A DNA stretch of 64,000 nucleotides. Origin: Chiloscyllium plagiosum (lineage: Eukaryota). Below the pieces are notes generated by a model. The model saw only the letters and a program-made list of their open reading frames with translations, was not told where the DNA came from and did not search any database. The position numbers and the translations under genes were made by a program. Positions within the stretch are counted from its first letter, which is position 1; every line of letters starts with the position of its first letter. Shown here in pieces: positions 24,959 through 38,472 of this stretch. The stretch is taken from assembly GCF_004010195.1 (NCBI RefSeq), contig NC_057719.1, positions 35,216,137 through 35,280,136 of the forward strand, given 5' to 3'.

Positions 24959-27900
24959 GTTTCCTGATTCACTATCATTATTTCACCAGTCTCACTCTCT
25001 AAGGGTCCTGTGTTCCCATTAGCCACTCTCTTTCTTTTTACATATTTAGGTCAGTTTTATTGTCATGTATTTAAAGAAGCTCCTACTGTCCATCTTGATA
25101 TTACTTGTAAGTTTATCCTCAAAGTTTATTTTCTTGTACAGTGCAGAAATTACTTGCCACTTGTCAGCCCAAACCTGCATATTTTCCAGGTCTGGTTGTA
25201 TTTTGACAATGGTTGCTCCAGATCTAAGGAGTTGCAGATAGTACTGATAATTGTGCAATCATCAGCAAACAACTCCATTTCTGATTTTATGATGGAAGGA
25301 AAGTTGTTTAAACACTGAAAATAGTTGGGCCTTTTGAGGAACTCCTGCAGTGATGTCCTAGTACGGAATGACTGACCGCCAACCATCTTTTGTGGCAGTT
25401 ATGACCCCTGCCATAAATGTTTAGCCAAACAGGAAGATACTGGATACTTAACCATTGACAAAGAGATAAGTTTCAGGAAGGCTTCCTAAACTGAAAATTT
25501 GGCTGATTGATTGAATAAATTATTGTCAAATGTATTGAGTGAAAAGTTTATACAATTGCCATGAATCAACAGCATTCTCATTAACCTAAAATTAAAAAGT
25601 AATTAACTTAAAGAGAGTCCAACCTTTTCTTCGCCGCCATTTATAGTCCCACACCAGACTTCACCAGCCCAATCCACTCAGCAGCCAGAGACCTGCTCCA
25701 GGTTTCACCAGCGCACATCATGCCGCCAGCAGAGTTTGCAGTTTAAGCATTAGGGGGTTTGGGAGAGCATTCCAGTAACATCAGCCCAGACCATGAAAGA
25801 TATAGCTATGGATGGTGAGTCAAAGAGAAGGGTTTGTCATGTCCAAAATGTCAGTCAGTCAGAGGAACATGCAGTTTTGGAGGAATGTTAAAAATACATT
25901 TTTCAAGGCTAAAGGAGGCCGCAGAGTTAAGGTGGCAAATCTGAAAGATATCATAAACTTTATACATCCTCAAATCTTTTGAAAATTTTTCCCCTATTTT
26001 AACAATTACATATTCTTATAGTTAACTAGCAACTAATCATTATAACAATGGCTGTTTTGTTAAATACAAAGTTCTGATTTGTATGTTAGATATAAAGTAA
26101 GAAGCTCTGATTTAAAATCCAGTCAAGCTGGTTTGGAATTAAGTTTTAAAAGTGTTAGATGAAAGGAAATTCATATTAGGGTTTTTCCACATATCCAAGT
26201 ACAGTTCTGATAATGATGGAAGAAATCACAGTAACCAATATGCTACAGCAAGATCACTCAAAAGAAAATTCAAGTAATATATGACAAGATCATCTGTTTT
26301 AGTGGGGCTGGTTGAGAGATAAACAGATAAATGACCTTTTTGTGGTTCACAAGTATGTTTGCTGCACTCTTTGAAACTTAAAAGAATGACAGTAAATATT
26401 ATTGAATTATAAGATTCCAAAAGGGCTTGACATGACAAGAGTGTATAAGATCATGAGAGGAATGGATAGGGTGAATGCACTTAGTCTTTTTCCCAGGGTT
26501 GAGAGTTTAAGGAAAGAATAAAGGGGAGCTTGAGGGACAACGTTTTTACACAGAGGGTGGTACGCATATAGAATGAGCTGCCTGCAGAAGTGGTTGAAGC
26601 GGGTACATTAACAACATTTAAAAGGCATTTGGACAAATACATGGATAGGAAAGGTTTAGAAGGATACTGGCCAAGTGGGGAGAAATGGAGTTAGCATGGA
26701 CGGACATTTTGATCGGCATGGTCCAATTTGGACCAAAGGGCTTGTCTCCATGCTATAGGACTCTGACTTTATGATAGATTCTGGGAAACATTTTCTCTCA
26801 TTGGAAAATCGAGAACTGGGGTGGTCACAGTTTAAAAGATGGCAACAAGGAAATATTTCTGTTTGCAGAGATTCAAGACTTTTGGAATTTTTTTCCACAG
26901 CAAAACATGAAACTAGTATGTGTAATGTATTCAAAGCTGTTTTAGTCAGATTTTTGATCAAAAAAGGAATTAAAAGCTGATGGGAATAGCCAGAAAAGTG
27001 GAGTTAAGGTGACAATCAAGTTGGTGGTAATCTTAACATGGCAGAATAGGTTCAATGGGCCAAATGATCTACTCCTATTTCTTATGTTTGTTTGATTCAT
27101 CTGTGGTATGTGGGGTGGCACTAGCTAGACCAACATTTGTTGCCATCCTTTATTTCCCTGGAAAAAAAATCCATAAATTGTGAACCACCTCAGTCCTTCA
27201 GGTGTAGTAAGAAGTCCTCAACTCTTAGTAATAAGTTGCAGGATTTTGTCCCAGCAATGGTGAGGAAATTACAATATAGTTCTAAGGCAAGATTGTGTGG
27301 CTTGGAGGGAACTTGTAGTTGGTGGTGTTCCCATACATCTGAAGTTCTTATTTTTCTGGGTTGCAGGTTTATACTCAGTTTGGGTTCCGCCAGGGCTACT
27401 TAGTTCCTAATGTCTTTATAGCTGTGTTTTCTCACATCCTCAAAGAATTCAATAAGGCTTGTGAGGCATGACCTGTCCCTCTCAAAGCCATGCTTGACTA
27501 TCTCTAATCAATCTGTGCTTTTCCAAGTAATCATAAATCCTGTCTCTCAGAATCTTGTCCAATAATTTGTCCACCACTGGCGTATGACTAACTGCTCTGT
27601 ACTTCTCAGGGTTATTCCCATTCCCTTTCTTGAACATTTGCCAGACTCTAATTATTTGGTACTACTCCAGTGGACAGTGAGAACACAAAGATCATCGCCA
27701 AAGGCTCAGATATATCTTCTCTTGCTTTCCATAGTAACTTTGGGTATATCCCGTCTGGCCCAGGGGACTGATCTATCCTCATGTTTTTCAAAATTTTCCA
27801 GCATATCCTCCTCCTTAACATCAAACTGTTCTAGCATATCAGCGTGTTTTACACTGTCCTTACAAACAACAAGGTCCCTCTCAGTAGTGAATACTGAAGC

Positions 27901-28540
27901 AAAGTATTCAGTAAGGACCCCCTTCCACCTCTGACTCCAGGTACAAATTCCCTTCAGTATCCTTGATCAACCCGACCCTCACTCTGGCCCTCCTCTTGTT
28001 CTTCACTTAAGTGTAAAATGCCATGGGGTTTTCCTTAATCCTACCCACCAAGACATTTTCATGCCCCCTTCTATCTGTCCTAAGTCCATTCTTCAGTTTC
28101 TTCCTGGCCACCTTGTAACACTCTAGAGCCCAGTCTGATTCTTGCTTCCTCAAGCTTAAGTAAGCTTCCTTCTTCCTCTTCATGAGATGTTCCACATTTC
28201 TTGTCACCCGAGGTTCCTTCACCTTACCATCCTATCCTTGCCTTAGTGGGACAAACCTATCCAGCACTCGCAGCAAGTGCTCCTTAAACAATCTCCACAT
28301 TTCTTTTGTGCATTTCCCTGAGAATATCTGATCCCAATTTATGCTCCATACTTCCTGCCTAATAGCATGGTTATTCCCGCTCCTCCAATTAAACACTTTC
28401 CCATACCGTCTGCTCCTATTCCTCTCCATGAGTACAGTAAAGGTCAGGGAGTTGTAATTACTGTCACCGAAATGCTCTCTCACTGAGAGATCTGACACCT
28501 GACCTGGGTTGTTGCCAAGCATCAAATCCAATATGGCCTC

Positions 28541-29238
28541 TGTTACGACACTGTGTAAACCCTCCTGCTTAATTTAAACCAGCAACACAAAAAAGATTTA
28601 TCCCGAGGAGTCATCTGTGAAAATTCGAGAGGCCAAGAACTATTTAAAGAGGAAATTAACGACTTCATTTCTTAAGGTATAACAATTATTTACAACCCCT
28701 TCCTCTAATCTATCTTTTACTTTCTGCCTCTACAATTCTAGTCCGATATAACCAACCCACCTACCCGATTTAGGATTAGCCAAAAATTCAAGTTTTCAAA
28801 ACCAGCCAGCTGTCAAACCTTCTGTTTGGATCTTCCTGTGTCTTCTTTTCTTCTTCTTATGCTTCACGTGTCATGGATCGATAAAGATACATTTAAGAGA
28901 GCTAGTCTCCAGACGGTCTGCAGATGTTGGTGCTTGGCAGTTCTCCTCTCAACTGTTCAATTTTCCATGGTCTTATACTCTCAAAGAATCGGATTGTGTC
29001 ATTGGCTTTTAAGATTGTCAATATACTAAATTCAAACTTGATTGGAGTTTGGGTTTTTTTTTTCGGGGGGTATAATTTATACTGATTGGCCTAATTCGAA
29101 TTTGTTTTTGCGTTCAGGCAACCAGCTTTCGACCAAGTGTTACATTGTTACCTTATTCAGAACCCTTGGTGCTGTGTCAGGTAGTTCTGCTAGCTTTTAA
29201 CTCTCTTAAACGTACAGTACACCCACATCTTCCTAATA
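28541..29238. mobile_element. Probable solo LTR inserted in CR1 endonuclease sequence
   Basis: About 700 bp of unrelated sequence starting TGTTAC and ending ..TAATA; CR1 sequence resumes on both sides; TSD not clean. Confidence 0.5.
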
Positions 29239-30138
29239 CTACCCCTCTAATTGGCCTGTCTACATACTGAGTCAGATGTCCTTCCTGGACACATCTGATA
29301 AAATCTGCTCCATCCAAAGTATTCGCACTAAGGAGGTTCCAATCAATATTAGGGAAGTTGAAGTCACCCATGGCAACAACCCTGTTACTTCTGCACCTTT
29401 CCAAAATCTGCCTCCAATCTGCTTCTCCCTATCTCTGTTGCATATGGGGGGGTCTGTAGAAAACTCCCAATAAAGTGACTGCTCCTTTTCCAGTTTCTGA
29501 CTTCCATCCCTAATGACTCAGTAGACAAACCCTCCTCGATGACCTCCCTTTCTGTAGCTGTGATACTGTCCCTGATTAGCAATGCCACTTCCCCACCTCT
29601 TTTACCTACCTCCCTGTTCGATTTGAAATATTTAAACCTTGGAACATCTAACAATCATTCCTGCGTCAGTGATATCCAAGTCTTCGTAATGGCCACAACA
29701 TCATAGTTACAAGTACTGATCCATGTTGTAAGCTCATTGCCCTTATTTCTGGCACTTTTTGCACTAAAATAGACCCATCACACTGACTGCAACTTTGTCC
29801 TATCAACTATATGTTCTTCCTGACAGAGTCTCTGCACACTGTATCTACATATTCACCAGCTACCCCATCCTCTGATCTGTAGCTCCAGTTCCCATCCCCT
29901 ACCTGAAGAGCTCTAGCAAACCTCCCGCCCAGGATATTGGTACCCCTGAAGATCAAGTGCAACTTGTCCTCCTTGTACAGGTTCCAGCTCCCCCAGAGAT
30001 GGTATCCCAATGAACCACATATCTGAAGCCCTCCCTCCTACATCAGCTCTGAAGCCATGTGTTCAGCTGCGCTCACTCTCTGTTTCTTGCTTCACTAGCC
30101 CGTGACACCGCTAGCAATCTTGAGCTTTCTACTCTGCT

Positions 30139-30330
30139 CATCCTTGTAAGTGTAGAGGGAGGAAGAGAGCTTCTTCAAGGAAGGCATCCTTGTAAGTGTA
30201 GAGGGAGGAAGAGAGCTTCTTCAAGGAAGGCATCCTTGTAAGAAGGGCTTATGCCTGAAACGTCGATTCTCCTGTTCCTTGGATGCTGCCTGACCTGCTG
30301 CGCTTTTCCAGCAACACATTTTCAACTCTG
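30139..30330 (+). mobile_element. Family A insertion with 46-bp tandem duplication at its 5' end
   Basis: Unit 30139-30184 equals 30185-30230, plus a partial third copy; then AGAAGGGCTTATGCCTGAAACGTC; TSD actctgYtcatcct at 30131-30144 and 30325-30338. Confidence 0.8.
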
Positions 30331-32509
30331 TTCATCCTGCCTTTTAGCTTCCAACCTAACTCCCAATATTCATTTTTTCGGCCCTCATCCCTTTTCCCAG
30401 CTATGTCATTGGTACTAATGTGTACCATGACTTCTGGCTGCTCGCCCTCCTCCTTAAGAATCCTGTAGACCCAATCCAAGACATCCCTGACCCTGGCACC
30501 CAGGAGGCAGTATACCATCCGGAAGTCTCGTTCACGACCACAGAATCTCCTGTCTGTTCCTCTAACCACTGAATCTCGTATCACTATCACTCTCCTATTC
30601 TCCCCCCATTTCCTTCTTAGGGGAATAGCCATAGGGGATCCCTGCACTGACTGCCTATTCCCTTTCCATCTCCTGACGGTCACCCAGCCATCTTAATCCT
30701 GTAACTTAGGTGTGACTACCTCCCTATAACTCTTCTCTATCACCACCTCTGCCTCCTGAATGACCTGAAGGTCATCCAGCTCCAGTTCTCTAACGTGGTC
30801 TGTGAGGAGCTGGAGTTGGGTGCATTTCTTGCTGGTGAAGTCAGCAGGGACAGTAGTGGTGACCCTTAGCTCCCACATCCTACAAGAGGAGCATGTAACT
30901 GCCATAGCTTCCATCCCCCCTGCTCACAATTGCCAAAAGAATTTTTTTTAAAAACTTACCTTACCATCCCTCCATACACAGTCTTTTTTTAGTCAGAGGA
31001 GGAGGAGGAGGACAGTGGGAGGCACCACATGTGTAGTGTTTCAGGTTTAGCCACTACCCAAATTTATTAGTTCACTTACCCAGCAGTCCCCGTGTCCACT
31101 TCTGTTTCTGTTCAGCTTTCGCTGTGCTAATTCATGAGGTAAGTATTTAATATTCAAATTTTCCTTCCCAGCTGCTCCTGGCTTGTGTTCTCATGACTCC
31201 TACTGCTGATGTGGAGGCTGCTGATTCATGAGGTAAGTATTTTACATTCTAACTTAGGTTCCCAGCTGCCTTCTGGCTCGCACTCTCAACTCACACTGCT
31301 GAAGTAGATTTCTGACACTGCCACAATAGGCTTGCCTAGCAGTTAATATTGAAAGTGTTATTATTAAGTTAAATGTAGTTTCCAAGAGATTAAAATTGCA
31401 AAACTGCACAGTATTTAGGAAAATGTACATTAAGATTTAGTTGTAGAGTTTGAGTCAGAGTGCCTTTGGCAATGAGCATTAGTTTAGAGTTTCTAACGAA
31501 CATTCACAGCTTTTAATATTTATTCCCAGTAATCAAAACTACAGTTTTATGTGGGAATGAAGGAAGATTAATGGGTGCACTGTGGTCTATGATTAACTTA
31601 TTGCAGTTTTAAGAATGGTCATAAAATTAATGTTTCCAAACTGCTGATGCTTCCATTGTGTTTAGTAACTGCCTTATAATGATTGACAACCTTTCATAAA
31701 TTTCATCCTTACATCTCATAGTACTCATTAATAAATATCTTCTATCCCTAGTTATTAACTGGTGTCCAGCCCTTTAGATCTATTGAAGACTTCTATTTAT
31801 TTAAAAGTCATTGAATTGCCATTGCCATTGCTATCCTGTTTGGAAAGGGTACCCTTATGAATACTTGGAAAAAGGGGTGATTTGGAATGTTAACTGTTAT
31901 ATTTCAGATTAATTTGTTCAAGTTATGTTTTTTTTATTGTTACATTTTGTCTACAGAAGTGCTTCTTTCTAGGTTTTTCTCTTCTGTAATCATTATGTTG
32001 AGATGTTTTCTGTATTGAATCATATACCCCAAAGCCTATTTGGCACAGTATGCGTAAGATAGCTTTCTGAAAGAATAATGAATTTCATACCTAGTCTTGC
32101 TTAAGTTTTATAAATGTAACTTTTCCTCTTTGGTTTGCTTTAATTTACAGGCTCATGCTTAGGATAATGCTTGTTTTAGTTTACGCTTGATACGTTGAAT
32201 TATAATATCTTCCATGTTCATCGTTACGCTTTCAGAGATCTTCTCAATATGCCCTCTACTGGAGTGATTTTGAAGAACTCCCTATGAAATCAATTTGTTT
32301 AAGTTATTCATTCACTTTTTTCAATTCACTTCCTTTAAACATAAAATATTGTCAGAATTGGAGTTGTTTATTAACAATTTTGCACTATTTGGTTCCATTC
32401 TCAATTCCTAAGATATGAAGCAATCTCTTCAAAGTTGCAACAAAACCTGAAAAACTTTCAAATTAGAAAAAAGACCAGCAATTGAGATTCACGCGAGACA
32501 AGTGCCATC

Positions 32510-33200
32510 TCCAACTAGATAGAGTGTAATTGCCTTCCCTTGATGTTCAATGGTATTTACCATTTTTGTATCTGACATTGTAAAAATCTAGAGGGTGATC
32601 ACAAACTTAACTGGATGAGCCGCATACATACTTTGGCTACCACAGCAGGTTAAATGTTGGATAGTTTGTGGCAAGTGACTCACTTGACTCGTTAGTCTTT
32701 CTACTACCTAAAAGGCACAGATCAAGAGTAAATGGGAATACTCTCCACTTGTTTGGAGAGTATGTCTCTCACATCAGCCAGGTCAAGCATTCCATTTGAC
32801 TGATACACATTTATCACCTTAAACATTCACTTCTTCCATCATCAGTGCAAAGTGGCTGCAGCATGAATCTTCCACAAAATGAACCACAGTACATTTCCAA
32901 ACATCCCTTCCATAGCAGCTCACAAACTGGAATTTATTCCATCTATCTGGATAATGCAGTAAATGCATGGGAACACTGCCATTTACAATTGCCTCCCTTG
33001 CCACCCTGACTTGGAAATGTATCACTGTTCCTTCACTGTCACCCAAAATCCTGGTATTTCCCACCTGGTAGCAGTATGGAAGTACCTATATAACACAGAC
33101 TTCAGTTCAAGAAGCATATCACCTCCCTGTCCTCCAGCACATCCAGAATGTGTAATAAATACTGTCGTTACCAGTGAAGCCCAAATCCTGTGAATGAATA
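32510..33200 (+). mobile_element. Old LINE 3' fragment of a second CR1-like family
   Basis: 3' end homologous to fragments at about 14270-14500(-), 20860-20980(+) and 27095-27360(-). Confidence 0.5.
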
Positions 33201-33369
33201 CAATTTGACTTTTGATATTTCTGAATCCCAGTTTATGTTGCCCTAATAATTCTGTGGTTGTTATCCCTCAATGGTATTTTAACTTCTATTTTCTACTTCT
33301 ACTCTCCTGTTATCCAGGCTATATATGGATATCCGATCAATATGAGCACTGTCTCTTGTCACTTTCACC

Positions 33370-34238
33370 CGCACCAATCAACCCCATCGCCCCGTAGCTG
33401 AACACTTTAACTCCCCCTCCCATTCTGCTGATGACATGCAGTTCCTGGGCCTCCTCCATTGCCACTCCCTTACCACCTAACGCCTGGAGGTAAAACGCCT
33501 CATCTTCCGCCTCAGGACCATCCAACCCCATGGCATCAAACATTAGATTAGATTATTTACAGTGTGGAAACAGGCCCTTCGGCCCAACAAGTTCACACTG
33601 ACCCGCCGAAGTGCAACCCACCCAGACCCCTTCCCCTACATTTACCCCTTCACCTAACACTGCGAGCAATTTAGGATGGCCAATTCACCTAACCTGCACA
33701 TTTTTGGACTGTGGGAGGAAACTGGAGCACCCGGAGGAAACCCACGCAGACACGGGGAGAATTTGCAAACTCCACACAGTCAGTCGCCTGAAGCGGGAAT
33801 TGAACCCGGGTCTCTGGCGCTGTGAGGCAAAAGTGCTAACCACTGTGCCACCGTGCCACATCCATTAATGTGGATTTCACCAGTTTCCCCATTTCTCCTC
33901 CCCCCACCTTACCCAGGTTCCAACCTTCCAGCTCAGCACTGCCCTCATGACCTGTCCTACCTGTCCATCTTCCATCCCACCTATCCACTCCACCCTCCCC
34001 TCTGACCTATCACCATTACCCCATCTCCATCCACCTACTGCACTCTCAGCTAGCTTCCTCATCAGCCCCACTCTCCTTCCATTTATCTCTCCACCCCGAG
34101 GCTCCCACTCTCATTCCTGATGAAGGGCTTTTGCCCAAAACATCGATTTTCCTGCTCCTCAGATGCTGCCTGACTGGCTATGCTTTTCCAGCACCACATT
34201 CTTGGCTCTGATCTCCAGCATCTGCAGTAATCACTTTT
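33370..34238 (+). mobile_element. Family A Penelope-like 3' portion interrupted by a SINE
   Basis: VAEHFNSP..DMQFLGLLHC..RLIFRL peptide relic; hammerhead motif 34113-34148 (GAAA decayed to AAAA). Confidence 0.8.
33543..33858 (-). mobile_element. HE1-like tRNA-derived SINE
   Basis: A box TGGCACAGTGG, B box GGTTCAATTCC on - strand; TTAGA-repeat tail. Confidence 0.88.
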
Positions 34239-35530
34239 GTCGTCTTGTCACTTTCATTATGACATTCTTAAAGCAGATGTGTATTATGTTAACCATCTTC
34301 TTGACTGAATAATTTGGGTTCTTCCAAATTATATTTGATGATAAATTATTTTGAAATGCAGTGCTTGTTTCTAAGTAGACAAATTTACAATACATAAAAA
34401 TGTAACGCATCACTAATCTATTTAAACCTCTGTTAATGATTGATCTATAAAAATGCATTGTGTTTAAATTAATATAAATTAGATTTTGAATATTGTTTTT
34501 CTGAATATTGCATGCTACATGTGTATATATTTGTATGCACTGAAAATCAAATTTTGTGTTATGATCTCCTGTTTCTAAGTCATCAAGTTCAGTTAACTTA
34601 TGCTACATTTTCTGCTCCAGTAGGAGAATTTTGCCCAGAACTTCTATTTAAAAGGTTAATTGAGTGCGGATGTATGCTAGAGAATTGAAAAGTGACCAAT
34701 ACTGTGCCAACTTGTAAAAAGGTAGAAGGAGATTAGCTTCCATGATTGGGGAAACTTCAGAGATATTAATAAAGCACATCTGACTGTTGAGAAAATAGTT
34801 GGAAATAGCTAGCAAAAATTTTCTAAAAGGACAACCATGCCTGACAAACTACTTAAAATTCTTTGAAGAGCTAAGAAATGGAAAATGCGGTGATATAGTG
34901 TGCAAGGCCTTTAAGAAAGCCTTTTTTTAAAACAAATACGCTGGAAATTAATAGATACAAAGCTAAGAGGAAGATGGAAAATTAAATTAATGTTGTACAG
35001 AAGAGAGAAACTGATATACAGTTAATAGCTTTTCAGTGTAGTTTGGAAGTGAATTATATGTTTCAAATTCTGTTCATTATGTATATTAATGAATTAGTAT
35101 TGATCTAAAATAATCACTCTGCCCCTTATTGCAAAATAAGGGATATAATTCATTCTTTAAAACAATAACTTCAAATGAAGTTACAAATGAAAAAATATTG
35201 ATGGAATCATAGAATAGAATAGAGGCAAATATTTGGACACATTGTGTCTCTGCTGACTCTCTGCAAGAGCAACATGCTTAATTTCCCTTTAGCTGTCCAT
35301 ATTATCTCTCTCCATATGTTTGCCCAATTCAATTTTGAAAGTCGGGATGAAATTTGCCTCCTCCACCTTCTTTGATAATGCATTCCAGATCCCAGCCATC
35401 TTTTATACTAAAAAATCGTAATGTCCCCATTGCTTCATTTTGCTAATCATCTTAATTCACTCCCATTTTGATTCTTGATCCTTGTATGAACAGGAACCGT
35501 TTCTGTCTATCTACTCTGCCACTTAAATGA

Positions 35531-35703
35531 CATGGAGGTGCCAGTGTTAGAACGGGATGGACAAAGTCATACAACACCAGGTTATAGTCCAACAGGTTTA
35601 TTTGAAATCGTCAGGTGAAGTCTGACAAAGGAACAGTGTTCCGAATGCTTGTAATTTCAAATAAACATGTTGGACTATAACATGGTGTCGTGTGATTTCT
35701 GAC
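35531..35703. mobile_element. Family D mini fold-back element with hammerhead relic in the loop
   Basis: Arms about 35567-35608 and 35654-35695; loop CTGACAA-A-GGAAC-AGT-GTTCC-GAATGCTT; TSD cttaaatga at 35522-35530 and 35704-35712. Confidence 0.7.
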
Positions 35704-37596
35704 CTTAAATGATCTATAAACATATATCTTCTGTTCTGTCAGCATTTGCATTGACTTTAAAGTTGAACCATTTAGTTTGTACTAACTTTCCCATTCTTTT
35801 AACAAAGAATAATTTCAAGTTTCCTGCAGTCAATTTTGTCTGTCTTTCATGTTTTTTCATGTGACATCTGCAAACTTTTAAATGTATCCTGTGTGCTAAA
35901 ATTTAGGTTATTTATACTTATCAGGAAAAGTAGGAGCCCAATTCTGGGATTCCAAGGAGTCAACATATACCTATCGATGGTCTAAAAAACAAACAATCAT
36001 CACCATTGTTTCATAGAGTCGTAAAGCACAGAAACAGACCCTTCATTCCAACCAGTCTATGCTGAATATAATCCCAAACTAAACTAATCCCACCTGCCTG
36101 CCCCAGGCCCATATCCCTCCAAACCTTTCCTATGCATATATCCATCCAAATGCCTTTTAAACTTTGTAATTGTGCCTGAAACCATCACTTCCTCCGCAAG
36201 TTTATTCCACATGTGTAAAAAAAATTTACCTCTCGTGTCTTTTTTAAAATCTCTTTCCTCTGACTTTAAAAATGTGCCAACTAGTCTTGAAATTCCCCAT
36301 CTTAGGGAAAAGACAACCACCATCAACTCTATCTGTACCTTTCACTCACACACTTAATCTTTTTCTATACTGCTTTTATTCCATGGGGTGTAACTCTGCT
36401 GACAGGCTTGTTGTGAGGCATTTTTTCAAAAAGCCTTTTGGCTCTCCACGTACATCACCAAAAATACCTATATCAACTGGCTGTGTTACTTCCTCGAAAA
36501 GCTCAAGCAAATTTCCTTTAACAAATCCATGTGGCTTTCCTTAATCCATATTTGTTCAAGTGACTGAGACAAAAACTGAAACATTTATTTCAGATTTCAA
36601 TGGTTCTTTGTTTATTTTTGTCCAAGTGAGTGTTAGTTTTGTTCTGAATACACTGTAGTTACTTATAAAAGGTTTCCCGTCATAGAGATTAATTGGCTGG
36701 TTTGTAGTTTATTGGCTCAGCCTTGCATCATTTATTGAGCAAGAGTATAACATTTCCAATCTCCATTCCTCTGGCACCACACCTGCATGTAAGGCGGTTT
36801 GGAAAATTTTGGCCAGTGCCATTGGAATTTCCTTACTTTCCTCCGTATCCTTGGATGAATCTCATTCAATCCTTATTAACTTTACATTCAGAATGGTGGG
36901 TGAAAGAACTGAGGAATTTTGAGATGCACATCAAGAAGACATGGAAGATGGTATCTCACAATGATAAAGCAGCAAAGTTAATCAAGTTCGAGGATTTATC
37001 ACAAGTAGTATAGAATGTCAGAAACAAGTGGTAATAATCAGCCTGTGTAAAATCTCAGGCCCTCAGTTACAGTACTGTGTATAGTATAGAGCTACAACCT
37101 ACAGGTAGGATGCTGTTGCTTCTGAGGTGATACAATGACCAAACTTTAAGATGCTGCCTGGCATGTAGAAAATAGAAATGTTTTTGCATTAGAGCAATGC
37201 AGATGCTTTGGTAATATGAAAATATAGAAAATTCTGAAAGGATAGGCTTGATAGAATCTGATGGATCCTATATATGAAACATCAAGGTTAAATGCAGAAC
37301 ATGTAAACCAGATTACAGGAGAAAGCTCTTTCCCAAAAGAGTTTCGAGGATTTCCATTCAGAATTGGTGGGTGAAATGGAAACAAAATCAACATTAAAAA
37401 TTAAATTGAGTGGTTGATGAAAGTATACTGTAATGAAATGGTTACATTTTGAGATGCACATGTGGATTTGGTGGGCCAAAATTCTGTAACGTCTGTATCC
37501 ACAGGTGAACCAGTATCTCCAACACACTTAATTTTTCATCATAATGAAACATAGAATTATTACTTCAGATTTATTTCCAAAATTGTTTTACCACAG

Positions 37597-37698
37597 TCTA
37601 CAGCCACTTTTTCCTGGTTCTAATGAAGTTGACCAAATTGCAAAGATCCATGAAGTCATTGGAACTCCGAACTCTGAAACGCTAAGGAAATTCAAACA
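37597..37698 (+). CDS. MOK: MOK exon, 102 bp: (S)LQPLFPGSNEVDQIAKIHEVIGTPNSETLRKFK(Q)
   Basis: ccacag acceptor, CA/gtaagt donor; CMGC-kinase PLFPG..E.DQI..I..V.GTP motif. Confidence 0.95.
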
Positions 37699-38472
37699 GT
37701 AAGTAGATCCTAAATTACAATAAATGCTGATCATTTATAGAATATTGATTTGGACCATTTACTGTTAATGCATTTTTATGGCCCCATCTCACCTACATTT
37801 CTAAACCCAATAACACTGGCTAAGCTGTGGTTATAAGGTCAATGACAGCATATACCTAAAAACTGTTGGCCATTGGATCAGGACCATTTGGACATCCACA
37901 CTGCCACTATGGGGATAACAAGTGAGATATGACAATGCTGAACATAGACTGGGAGACACTTACTAACCACTGTGTGACCACTGGAAACTGACTATCCGGA
38001 AGGATGTAGGGAGAGGCAAGGTAAAACTGGAAACTTGGCTGTGTCTAACCTGTAAGATCACAAGATGTTTATAGAAGTATATAAAATCATGGGGGATATA
38101 GATAGGGTTAATGGTAGTTGCCTTTTCCCAACGGTGGGTATTTCAAGGATAGTGGACACATTTTTAAGGAGAAAGGGATTTTAAAAAATTCATGGGGGGG
38201 CAAATCTTTAACACAGGGTGGTTCGTGTGAGGAATGACCTTCTGAGGAAGTGGTGGATGTCGGCACAATTACAGCATTTAAAAGATATTTGGATAAGTAC
38301 ATGAATAGGAAAGGTTGGAGAGATATGGGCCGGAAGCAGACTAGTTTCGTTTGGCGATTATGTTCATCATGGCCTGGTTGGACTGAAGGGTCTGTTTCCG
38401 TGCTGTATGACTCTGTGATTATGACTGTGTAGAAGCAGAAGTAGATCATTTTGTTCCACCATTCAATGAGAT

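Larger units (their letters stand above)
27425..31300 (-). mobile_element. CR1-type LINE, 5' region through endonuclease, internally deleted, with nested insertions
   Basis: ORF1 VTCSSCRMWE..CTQLQLL and SGNH-like DSVVRG..VHISTNDI; ORF2 GKRGGEVALLIRDS, MGDFNFPNIDW, EHFGDSNYN. Confidence 0.85.

Noticed and set aside
30139..30242. Direct repeats resembling a CRISPR array
   Set aside because: Head-to-tail tandem copies with no spacers, in eukaryotic DNA with no cas genes
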